Shown here piece after piece: positions 9,080 to 16,991 of a stretch of DNA of 64,000 nt (positions within the stretch are counted from its first letter, which is position 1; every line of letters begins with the position of its first letter). Both the position numbers and the translations under genes were made by a program. The notes beneath the pieces are model-generated. The model ran no database searches. It was not told where the DNA came from and saw nothing but the letters and a program-made list of their open reading frames with translations. Origin of the DNA: a virus (lineage: Duplodnaviria > Caudoviricetes); IMG/VR virus record IMGVR_UViG_3300026766_000001, positions 1 through 64,000 of that record; one strand, given 5' to 3'.

Positions 9080-10215
9080 GCTGCCGCCTGCCCCGTCGCG
9101 AAGACCACCGACTGCCCGCGGACCATGACGTCCCACAGGATGTCGCCACCGAGCGCGGGGATAGAGTGGGGCCCGTTGCTCTGCGCGCTCTCCGCCCAGA
9201 TCTTGCCATCGTCGATCCAGGCCCGGTAGCCCTCTGCCGGCCCCGGCTTGCGGTAGCCAACGGACGGCTGAAGACCCAGCCAGGTGCCGTCGAGCAGGAC
9301 CTGCGTCGCCGCCCTCGCCGGCTTGTTGGGGTTGGGCCAGGGGCCGAAGAAAACCATCTCGGTTCCCTGAACAGTGCGTCGGAGCCTGATGGTCCACGGG
9401 TTAAGGTTTTGAGGCGGTCGCGCCGGCCGCGTACCCCAGAGGTAAGTGGAGGCGACCAGCCGTGCCGCGTCAACGTCGCCGCGAACCACCGCGCGCAGGT
9501 GCTCCCTCTCCTCGTCGACCAATCCCCATGCTCCCGCCGGCGTAGGGTCGCTGTAGAGCCGTGATTCGGGCAGGAGACCCGCCATGGTCCCCTTGATCCG
9601 TCCGCGCGGGCCCCGGGTGGCCCGCGGTTGCCAGTCGAGCGCCCAGGCGGTGTAGACGGACCACGCGTCCTCGCTGGTGATCCCCTTACCGCGGCCGGCC
9701 CTGGGCGTCCAGCGATTGCCGGCGATCGCCGTGGTCAGCCCGTCCCGTAGATCGGGGCTCGCCCCCTCGAGCACGCCGTCCCCGACCAGCACGCGGTCCC
9801 TGAGCCGCCCTACCGGCATCGACACGAGGGCTCCCAGGGCAAAGGCCGCGCGCACGTTCTCCCGGATGGCCGAGCGCAGCCCGTCCTGCCCGGCCGCGAG
9901 CTCCCGCAGCGCCAGGAGTTTCGCCTCGAGCACGCCGGCGAAGTAGAGGCCCGGCGCCCCGAGCTCGAGCCCCCATAGGCCCTGCGCCCGCTCCACCTGG
10001 CAGGCACGGCCGATGTCCTCGAAGCGGCCCAGCGCGGCGGCGCCGAAGATGGGCGTGTTCTTGGATCCGGCCGGGCCGAACACCCACTCGTCGCGATCCA
10101 GGGCTCGCCGGAGAGAGTCAGCCTCCTTCGCGAGCATCGGGTTCGACTTGACCACTTTCCCGGCGGCCCGTGCGGCCATGGCCGTGAGCAACGGCTGAAG
10201 CGCTTCGTTAGCCAT
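9076..10215 (-). CDS. Hypothetical protein (possible paralog of 53909-54760)
   Basis: 379-aa ORF coupled to its neighbours in the late operon. Confidence 0.7.
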   Translation of the reverse strand: MANEALQPLLTAMAARAAGKVVKSNPMLAKEADSLRRALDRDEWVFGPAGSKNTPIFGAAALGRFEDIGRACQVERAQGLWGLELGAPGLYFAGVLEAKLLALRELAAGQDGLRSAIRENVRAAFALGALVSMPVGRLRDRVLVGDGVLEGASPDLRDGLTTAIAGNRWTPRAGRGKGITSEDAWSVYTAWALDWQPRATRGPRGRIKGTMAGLLPESRLYSDPTPAGAWGLVDEEREHLRAVVRGDVDAARLVASTYLWGTRPARPPQNLNPWTIRLRRTVQGTEMVFFGPWPNPNKPARAATQVLLDGTWLGLQPSVGYRKPGPAEGYRAWIDDGKIWAESAQSNGPHSIPALGGDILWDVMVRGQSVVFATGQAAA

Positions 10216-10224
10216 CGCGATCCC

Positions 10225-10641
10225 TCAATCTTTGCTGATGCGGTCAATGACGATCACCGGCAAGCCGGGCAGCGGCGATCCGGAGGCCGTTACGGCCGTG
10301 GTCACCGGGAAGCTACAACAGTCCCTGGCGAGATCGCCGGGCAGACACCAAAGGTACCACTTGGGGACGGTGCTCCCGGGCTCGATCAGGGGGAGCATCG
10401 CGCCCAACGGATCGCCAGCGCAGCCGCCGGTGAGCGTGGAGACGATCGCTCCACCGAGACTTCCGACGCGAAACTCCGCGAACGCCGCCGTCGGGGCGAT
10501 CGGAGCGGCCGTCACTCCCTCGACGATCTGATCACCGAACTTGGTGTCGGTGAAGGTGGCCATGCGCGCGCGGGAAATGGCGGCGCACCCGGAAACGGCG
10601 AGGGCGAGCACTGCGATGCAAAGACAAAGGAGCTTTTTCAT
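10225..10641 (-). CDS. Lipoprotein (possible o-spanin-like role)
   Basis: MKKLLCLCIAVLALAVSG-C lipobox; located in the lysis region. Confidence 0.7.
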   Translation of the reverse strand: MKKLLCLCIAVLALAVSGCAAISRARMATFTDTKFGDQIVEGVTAAPIAPTAAFAEFRVGSLGGAIVSTLTGGCAGDPLGAMLPLIEPGSTVPKWYLWCLPGDLARDCCSFPVTTAVTASGSPLPGLPVIVIDRISKD

Positions 10642-10713
10642 CGATGGGTTCCTTTCTGGATTCTGGTTAGACCACTTTGCCCACTTTTGCCCACATTCGA
10701 CCACTCTTGACCA

Positions 10714-11040
10714 CTACGGCGACGGCGCGCGCAGGATCTCCCAAACCTCACCGCCGACGACCCCGCGGTCGACGAGTTGCTTGACGATGCCAGCGAGCCC
10801 TCTTGGCCGCGGCGCTACCGGGACGGCTGCTGTGTCCGTGGCGTCCGAGGTAGTCGCCCCGCTGTACTGCGCCAGATCGAGATCCAGCATCTGCTGCAGC
10901 AGGTCGTTCGCCTCCTTGTCGGTCAGCGTGCCGCGCAACTCCTGGGTGGTGAGAACCTCCTCGAGGGAGACCGCGAGGGCCCCGAGCAAACCGTTGATGA
11001 TGACCTTGCAAGCCGCACACTCGACCTGTGGATCGGGCAT
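10714..11040 (-). CDS. Hypothetical protein
   Basis: AGGAGG RBS before ATG. Confidence 0.65.
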   Translation of the reverse strand: MPDPQVECAACKVIINGLLGALAVSLEEVLTTQELRGTLTDKEANDLLQQMLDLDLAQYSGATTSDATDTAAVPVAPRPRGLAGIVKQLVDRGVVGGEVWEILRAPSP

Positions 11041-11043
11041 GAT

Positions 11044-11355
11044 TTACCTCCTTACGTGGTTGGCTATTCGCCGGCGCCCCTCGCCGCGGCCGAGGGTTAC
11101 GGGCTGCGGGGGCGGCGGCACATCCTTGATTCCCGCCTCTATCATACGCGTCTGCAGCTTGACCGTATAGGCCTGCCAAACGGCAGCCTCGTTGCGGAGG
11201 GCGACCTCCAAAGCGATGCGCTCATCCAGCCGCGAGCTGAGACCGGCGTACAGGCCTTCCAGGAAGCGCCCGTACCACAGGACGGCGACGAGAGCGGCGA
11301 GTGCGATCACGCCTGGCCCCCAGCGGTCGACCGTAGACCAGAGGCGGTTCCTCAT
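11044..11355 (-). CDS. Single-TM protein, holin/spanin-like
   Basis: Hydrophobic GVIALAALVAVLWYG followed by a helical stretch; coupled starts and stops. Confidence 0.6.
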   Translation of the reverse strand: MRNRLWSTVDRWGPGVIALAALVAVLWYGRFLEGLYAGLSSRLDERIALEVALRNEAAVWQAYTVKLQTRMIEAGIKDVPPPPQPVTLGRGEGRRRIANHVRR

Positions 11356-11777
11356 GCGGTTTCGGAGCGGCGAGTGACACGGTAGGAGGTTTCGACGATC
11401 TGGTCGATTTCCGCCGTCGTGAGGCTGCCTTGCCCGGGGACCTTATTTTGTCGCGCGCGCTGCAACGCCTCGTTCGCGACGAGGACACCCCGAAGCATGC
11501 GCCCTTGGGTTTCCATGGCGAAGGCGATGCGCTCGTCGCCGTCGCGAATCTTGTCTCCCAGCTGGCCGAGCGCAAGCACGTGCTTCTGGGTGTGCCCGCT
11601 TACGAAGTCCATAATCAGCGCGTCGCGCGCGGCCGTATTCGCGGACTGCTGGCTGAAGAGCTTCCAGACGATGGCGGAAAGGACGCCGGTGACCAAGACC
11701 AGGGCGCCGAGGACGCCGTACTTTTCGGCGCCGTAGGATGAGGGATCGAGGCTCTGGAGAGCAAGCAGCATGGTCAA
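11352..11777 (-). CDS. Single-TM protein, holin-like
   Basis: YGVLGALVLVTGVLSAIVW TM followed by a helical domain. Confidence 0.6.
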   Translation of the reverse strand: MTMLLALQSLDPSSYGAEKYGVLGALVLVTGVLSAIVWKLFSQQSANTAARDALIMDFVSGHTQKHVLALGQLGDKIRDGDERIAFAMETQGRMLRGVLVANEALQRARQNKVPGQGSLTTAEIDQIVETSYRVTRRSETA

Positions 11778-12178
11778 GGCGACGTCTCCCTGCGTGTGAC
11801 CCTCTCGGCGCTTTCAAGTACGCGGCCCATCAACGCGAGGTCGTCTCTCGCCCGCCAGAACTCATACGCGAAACAGGCCAAAGCGACGGCAGTCGCCCAT
11901 CTCGCGACGCCAGTGATCCAGCAGGTAGGGCCGCCTAACCAGATCTCGAGAATGTCGCAGACGCGAGTAAAGGTGAAGAGCGCGATAAATGCCAGCCCGC
12001 GCCGCCAAAGAGAAGGATAGGCGGCGGTAACCCCGCGCAGACGGCCTCGTAGGTAGACGTAGACAGCTATTGCCAGAATCCACGCGCAGCAGAAAGCGAC
12101 GGCGACGTCCGCCGATGCGTGCAGCAGGATCAGTCTCGAATCCCAGGTCCAGCACTGGCCATGCGGCATGAATTTCAT
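11774..12178 (-). CDS. Stand-alone 3-TM protein resembling the ethylene-receptor membrane sensor domain
   Basis: FMPHGQC..W...L..LH...D....F; FI....T...D...IW; W..G.....TA..; GGAGG RBS. Confidence 0.75.
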   Translation of the reverse strand: MKFMPHGQCWTWDSRLILLHASADVAVAFCCAWILAIAVYVYLRGRLRGVTAAYPSLWRRGLAFIALFTFTRVCDILEIWLGGPTCWITGVARWATAVALACFAYEFWRARDDLALMGRVLESAERVTRRETSP

Positions 12179-12212
12179 GCGCTTGTCGCCTCCCTGTGTT
12201 CTGCCGATCCAC

Positions 12213-12221
12213 AGTTTAGCA
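12213..12221 (-). promoter_or_regulatory. Extended -10 promoter for the membrane/lysis cassette
   Basis: TGCTAAACT on the minus strand upstream of the RBS of gene 12178. Confidence 0.5.
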
Positions 12222-12225
12222 TGGC

Positions 12226-13059
12226 CTATTCGTCCACCTCGCGGAACGTCGCTGCCACCGCGTAGAACTTGCCAGCCTTGTCCACGGCAGCGCTCTCGGG
12301 ATCTCCTTCCACCTCACACAGGTGGGCGGTGAGTCGCCAGGTCTCCGGCTTCGTGGCCCTCGGAATCACGTACACCCTACCAGTGTGCTTCAGCCCCCAG
12401 AGCAAGGACAGTATCTCGCTCTCGCCGGCGGAGTTGAGAAGGTGGAAATTGAGTTTGTGGCCGCGCAGAAGAACTTCCGCCCCCTGGGAGCCTCGCGCGG
12501 TCGGGATCTTGGCCCAGCTCTGGTCGAAGTTTTTGGGAGGTTGGTAACGCTCCGAGATCAGGGGGAACCCGGCCTGCAGGTGGCCGTCCGGGTTCCCGGA
12601 GTCAGCCAGCGTCACGCGGCAGAAGGCTGCGTTGGAGGCCGTGGTGGGCAGCCAGATCACGGGCCAGCCCTGGACTGGCACGAAATCCCTCTCCCCCGCC
12701 TTGAGGACGCCCAGCGAGGCGTCCAGAGCCACCGCGGTGCCCGAATCCAGGTAGTTCGTGGAGAATCCCGAGTCCATCGCGAGCTCGACTCTGCGAGTGC
12801 CGATCCCCGGGCGCAGGTTGGTCTTCACCAGTACCACGCCGCCCACCGAGATCGTCCGGCCGAACCCGAAAGTGAGGACCCAGCCGGTGAGCGTACCGGC
12901 CGGGCTTCGGCAGACCTGGCCGAGCTGGCGCAACAAGAGGTTCGAGGCGGGATAGCCAGCCGCCTCCGCCGAGGCCGCAGCGGTCTCCGTCGCCCCCACC
13001 ACGCCACCAAAGCCGAAGCCGGTGTGGCCTACCAGCGCGATTTTCGCCTCGATCGCCAC
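12226..13059 (-). CDS. Minor tail protein
   Basis: Position at the end of the tail module; AGYPASNL...Q....RS and G.PL....YQP...F...W patterns. Confidence 0.6.
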   Translation of the reverse strand: MAIEAKIALVGHTGFGFGGVVGATETAAASAEAAGYPASNLLLRQLGQVCRSPAGTLTGWVLTFGFGRTISVGGVVLVKTNLRPGIGTRRVELAMDSGFSTNYLDSGTAVALDASLGVLKAGERDFVPVQGWPVIWLPTTASNAAFCRVTLADSGNPDGHLQAGFPLISERYQPPKNFDQSWAKIPTARGSQGAEVLLRGHKLNFHLLNSAGESEILSLLWGLKHTGRVYVIPRATKPETWRLTAHLCEVEGDPESAAVDKAGKFYAVAATFREVDE

Positions 13060-13112
13060 GCCTAGAGTATAGACCAGACCAGGCTCGCGCCAGTTGGCGT
13101 CGGGCCGGCTGC

Positions 13113-13331
13113 TCAGCGACCCTTGCGCGACTGCTGCTGCCTACCGGAGGGAGGGCGTATATGAGAGCCGGACCTGTTGAGCCCTTCCACGCTATGGACC
13201 TCGTGCGGACGATGATCGTCGAGCACGACGTTGCCGCCGGCGATGTGCCCCTCCCGCACAGCGCCGTTGGGGCGCTCCACCTCTACCCTCTGTTGCCCGC
13301 GTTGGCTGTGGCTGTCGTTCTTTCCCTGCAT
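13113..13331 (-). CDS. Small hypothetical protein inside the moron
   Basis: GGGGAG RBS before ATG; beta-rich RVEVERPNGAVREG segment. Confidence 0.4.
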   Translation of the reverse strand: MQGKNDSHSQRGQQRVEVERPNGAVREGHIAGGNVVLDDHRPHEVHSVEGLNRSGSHIRPPSGRQQQSRKGR

Positions 13332-13472
13332 TTTTGCTCCCCTCTGGCGAAGGTGAGAAGAGGCTACACGCTATGGGGAGAGGAGGGCAAGGGGCGGTTG
13401 ACACCCTATCGTCCGAAGCTTCGCGTTAACTGGTGGGCGCTGACGCCTAAAGTCCAAAGGAGGAAGTGGAAC

Positions 13473-13745
13473 ATGCGTAAGCTCTTTCTGGTGTTCGCTG
13501 TCGCAGGAGTTCTTCTCGCTCTCGTGAGTCCTCGGCGAGCGGTCAGCGCTCCCGACAACGATTGCAACGCTTACTGCAAGACGTGGTGTGAGGGCAACCG
13601 TTCCCGTTGCGACGCCTACTGCGCAACCCTGCCAATGGAAGACGTCGCTGAATGCTTCGCGGAGTGCTCGGCCGGCTACGAATGGTGCTTGTCGGAGTGC
13701 TGTTACATAGAGTACGCGGGACCTATCCCCGAGCCTCCCAAATAG
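13473..13745 (+). CDS. Secreted 10-cysteine miniprotein (moron gene)
   Basis: AGGAGG RBS, signal peptide MRKLFLVFAVAGVLLALVSP..., repeated CxxxC; opposite strand to the tail genes. Confidence 0.85.
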   Translation: MRKLFLVFAVAGVLLALVSPRRAVSAPDNDCNAYCKTWCEGNRSRCDAYCATLPMEDVAECFAECSAGYEWCLSECCYIEYAGPIPEPPK

Positions 13746-13778
13746 GCCAGCCTGGCACCACCCCCTACCTGCAGAAAG

Positions 13779-13825
13779 CTCCTCCCCCCGCCCCGGCCAT
13801 TTGACCTCCGGGACAGGGGGAGGAG
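13779..13825. terminator. Hairpin between convergent genes, possible bidirectional terminator
   Basis: ctcctccccc (13779-13788) pairs with gggggaggag (13816-13825); inner cccgg/ccggg; no long U tract. Confidence 0.55.
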
Positions 13826-13850
13826 GACCTTCAGCGGCTGGCGCCGCAGT

Positions 13851-14297
13851 CTACTCGGCGGAAGGGGCGTAATACCCCTCAACGACGAGGGTCAGAGTGA
13901 CGGAGGCCGTGGAGCGGGCCGAGACGTCGTAGAGGCATTCCGCCGCGGGCTCGCAGAGACGCACAACGGCGAAGCTGCTCGCGGTCCCACCTCCGAAGGA
14001 GACCGCACTCGCCGAGGGCAGGGTTCCGTCCCACTCCCAGAGCTTCAGGGAGCCGGCGCCGGCGGAGGAGATGTGTACGGCGAGGTCGACGCCGACCGCT
14101 TCGGCGGGGACGTTGCAGGCACCACGCACCGTGATGCCCTGGGTCGTATCGGCGGCCAGGCTGCCGCTGAAGACCTGGCAGGGCGCCAGGCCGATATGAA
14201 GCGAGGGGGCGGCGTTCGACTGCCCGTGCGCGGAGGCGGGGAACAGCGCGAAGACCGCGAGGACGAGAAGGGTGCAAACGTTGATTCTTTTCATCAA
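13851..14297 (-). CDS. Secreted beta-sandwich surface-type protein
   Basis: Signal peptide ending AHG-QS; L.PC.......L.A.......V.G.C.VP..A..V.L......G.L..W....P..S.......VV.GYY pattern. Confidence 0.7.
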   Translation of the reverse strand: MMKRINVCTLLVLAVFALFPASAHGQSNAAPSLHIGLAPCQVFSGSLAADTTQGITVRGACNVPAEAVGVDLAVHISSAGAGSLKLWEWDGTLPSASAVSFGGGTASSFAVVRLCEPAAECLYDVSARSTASVTLTLVVEGYYAPSAE

Positions 14298-14334
14298 GAT
14301 TTCTTCCCCTTTTGGAGTTCCTAGAGTAGCTGGT

Positions 14335-14439
14335 CTACGGTGCCACGGTGAGCAGAGCGGTCAGGGACGAGAAGTTCTCCTTCAACCAGCGGGCAACGTC
14401 CCCGCCGTAGAGCAGCGCGATTCTCGCCTCGACTGCCAT
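14335..14439 (-). pseudogene. 34-aa stub duplicating the start of tail gene 12226-13059
   Basis: MAVEARIALL versus MAIEAKIALV; 24/29 nt identical (14411-14439 versus 13031-13059). Confidence 0.65.
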
Positions 14440-14441
14440 TG

Positions 14442-14669
14442 TCAGCCCTCGATCTGCAGCAAGGGGGTTACCACCTCGCCCGCGAGCAGCGTCTGCCACC
14501 CCGCCGCCGTGTTCACCTCGACGATGCCGCCGAGGCGGACCCGCAGCACCGGGGTGAACCCGTCGCCGTTGCGCAGGGACAGCGTCGCGCGACCCTTCTC
14601 CGCGCCAGGCGTCGCGTCTTCGAGATCAGAAGTCCAGATGGCGTTTTCCATGTTTCCCCTCTGTCTCAC
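14442..14669 (-). CDS. Small tail-module protein
   Basis: Coupled to the tailspike stop; RBS present. Confidence 0.55.
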   Translation of the reverse strand: MRQRGNMENAIWTSDLEDATPGAEKGRATLSLRNGDGFTPVLRVRLGGIVEVNTAAGWQTLLAGEVVTPLLQIEG

Positions 14670-16981
14670 TGGACGACGTATGTGAACGTAAACACCAACG
14701 GCCGATTTACCCCGTCCGGGCTCGTGTACTCAAGGTTGGCGCGATCATTCGTCGCATCCGCTAATATCGTCACTGGCGTCCCTATGCTATAAACAGTCGC
14801 CAGTCCGGCGCAGTTCTGCCCCGCCGTAAAGTTGCTGGCGACGGGAAGCGAGACATGGAAGGCGGTCGCCGAAGCCCCCGCCGCGGTGGGGTCGATATCG
14901 ACCTTGCCTGAGACCGTAACTACATTGCCGACGCGGAGCCACTGAGCCGAATATGCCGTCGATGCCGCCACGTTTGTGACCGCGGTGATTGCAGGAGTAT
15001 ACGTCCCCGAGGCGATCGTGGCGCCGTCCGACAGATCGGCCATTGACGGTCGGGCTTTGGTGATCGCGCCGGCTGCCGTGATGCCGGTCAGGAAATTGTT
15101 AGCGGCACCAGTGTCCGCAACGACTGTCGTCCCGATGACGCCGCTTGCATTTTTGTCGTGGAGGCGGAGGGCCGTCGAATCGGTAAAGAGGCTCACCTTC
15201 CCGGACGCGGGACTTGACGGTGCGGCGGTGTTGGTGACGACGATCGTACCGGCGGCTGGCGTCGCCGTTGGGATGTTCGCTAGGGTCGTGGCACAGGACC
15301 CGGCGCTTGTCGTGACATCGCCGGTGAAGGCGGGCACCTGCGAGCAGGCCAACGAGCTAGATAGATTGGCGAAGGATGGCTGAGCGCAGGTCGGCGCCGA
15401 GCCGCCGTTCAATGTCGTCGCGAACTGATTGGCAGAGCAGGCGCCCACGCCGGATAGGCTTTCGCTTGCCGCGACCAGCGGCATGTTGCCCGCAGCGATA
15501 CGCGTCGCCGCCAGCCCCGGCGCGTTGTTGAGGCCACCGGTCAAGTTGGAAGTGAGGTCGTTGCCGACAACCTGGTAGTTGTCGGCGCCTGCCGTAATGT
15601 CTATCCCGTACTTCTGGCTGTTGGAAAGACTCGCCGTCTGGCCGGAGCGCGTCCCGGTGATTCGGACGTGCGAAGAAGTCGCACCGAGCGAGATCCCGCT
15701 CAAGGTCCCGGAGCTGCCGAGGGAGTTGCCCGAAAAGAAGCCCCCGCTGATCGACACACCGTTGACCGCTCCAATCTCAAGGCCGTGGCCACCGTTGTTG
15801 ACCGCGCGCGGAGACGAGAACAGATATTCGAGCCCACCATTGAGAAGGAAACCTCGCCCGGAAGTCGAGGCGGCCCCGTTGCTACTGGCCCAACACGCGA
15901 CGCATGTGACTCCCCGGATGACGCCCGTGCCAGACGGATCGAACTTGAACCCCACCGTCTTGTTGGTATCGGCGAGGATATTGTAGAACGTGGGCCAACT
16001 CACTTGGTCGCCGGTCCCCGGCGCGACGAGGACACCGACATCCGCAAGGACCGCCTCAATGTTGTTGAACCAATCTCCCCCGCTGTTCTTGACGTAGATG
16101 GCGCGCGATCCCGTCGTTTGATTGCCGGCAATGAACACATTGGTGAAGTAGCGGTCATTCCCGCTGAGCAAGCGGATTCCATCGAAGGCTCCAGCGAGGC
16201 CGATCGTGACATCGCTGACCATCCAAATCACGGCCAGGCGCGAAGATGTCCGACCGAACTCGAGCCCGTGTCCGCCTGACGTTTGGATCGTGAGATCGGT
16301 GATGCGCCCCTGCGAGCAGCCATCCACAACAATGGCGCTCCCGGCAGTGCGCGTGACAGTCGAATAGAACGAAAGGTGCTCCACTCCACCGCAGGTTGCA
16401 TAGGCCGTAGCGCTCCCGAAGACGATGCCATCCGCAGTGCTGCTCGCAAGCAGCAGCATCGTCGCATCTTGGCCATCTCCGACAATCCGCACCGATGCCT
16501 GAGAAGATGCCGAGGCGTCGACGTTAAGCGCGGCGCTGATCTTGTATTGGCCACGAGGAAGGTAGACCACGCCGCCCGTGACTTCCGCCGCGTCGATCGC
16601 TGCCTGGATCTCGGCCGTATCGTCGTTGATGGCGTTGCCAAGGGCGCCGTAAGGAGGGCTCCTCACATTGTAGACGTGTTCGGTAATGCTCAGGGTCCGG
16701 TTGGCGGAGAGGTCCATTGAGGCGCCACCATTGCAGAGTAGCGGCGGCGTGCAGGTGATGATGCGCGCCATCGGCGCGTAGAGCCCGGTAGCCGTGATCG
16801 ACGCAATGAAGTTGGTGACCGTGATCTTCTTCGAGGTCAACGGCGACGCAGTGGTGATCTGCAAGAGATCGCTGGCGCCGGCGGAGCTGGCGGCCGGCAG
16901 CTGACTGACCTTGACAGTCGGAATCGTCTGTGCCGCCAGGGCTGGCGTACACATCATGACTAACGCTAGGAGCTTCTTCAC
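14666..16981 (-). CDS. Tailspike/depolymerase with pectate-lyase-like beta-helix and an N-terminal signal peptide
   Basis: YNVRSPPYGALGNAINDDTAEIQAAIDAA...GGVVYLPRGQYKIS; GGAGG RBS before GTG 16981; KKLLALVMMCTPALAA leader. Confidence 0.85.
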   Translation of the reverse strand: MKKLLALVMMCTPALAAQTIPTVKVSQLPAASSAGASDLLQITTASPLTSKKITVTNFIASITATGLYAPMARIITCTPPLLCNGGASMDLSANRTLSITEHVYNVRSPPYGALGNAINDDTAEIQAAIDAAEVTGGVVYLPRGQYKISAALNVDASASSQASVRIVGDGQDATMLLLASSTADGIVFGSATAYATCGGVEHLSFYSTVTRTAGSAIVVDGCSQGRITDLTIQTSGGHGLEFGRTSSRLAVIWMVSDVTIGLAGAFDGIRLLSGNDRYFTNVFIAGNQTTGSRAIYVKNSGGDWFNNIEAVLADVGVLVAPGTGDQVSWPTFYNILADTNKTVGFKFDPSGTGVIRGVTCVACWASSNGAASTSGRGFLLNGGLEYLFSSPRAVNNGGHGLEIGAVNGVSISGGFFSGNSLGSSGTLSGISLGATSSHVRITGTRSGQTASLSNSQKYGIDITAGADNYQVVGNDLTSNLTGGLNNAPGLAATRIAAGNMPLVAASESLSGVGACSANQFATTLNGGSAPTCAQPSFANLSSSLACSQVPAFTGDVTTSAGSCATTLANIPTATPAAGTIVVTNTAAPSSPASGKVSLFTDSTALRLHDKNASGVIGTTVVADTGAANNFLTGITAAGAITKARPSMADLSDGATIASGTYTPAITAVTNVAASTAYSAQWLRVGNVVTVSGKVDIDPTAAGASATAFHVSLPVASNFTAGQNCAGLATVYSIGTPVTILADATNDRANLEYTSPDGVNRPLVFTFTYVVQ

Positions 16982-16991
16982 GTGTTCCCTC

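Noticed and set aside
8105-9397. Single 430-aa ORF from the track
   Set aside because: It strings together shadow sequence, the start of the frameshifted 9079 gene and the separate DUF6527-like gene
13161-13472. N-terminal extension of the Cys-rich protein
   Set aside because: A strong RBS and a clean signal peptide begin at 13473, and the upstream part overlaps a more plausible minus-strand ORF; not fully excluded because an RBS-like sequence precedes 13161
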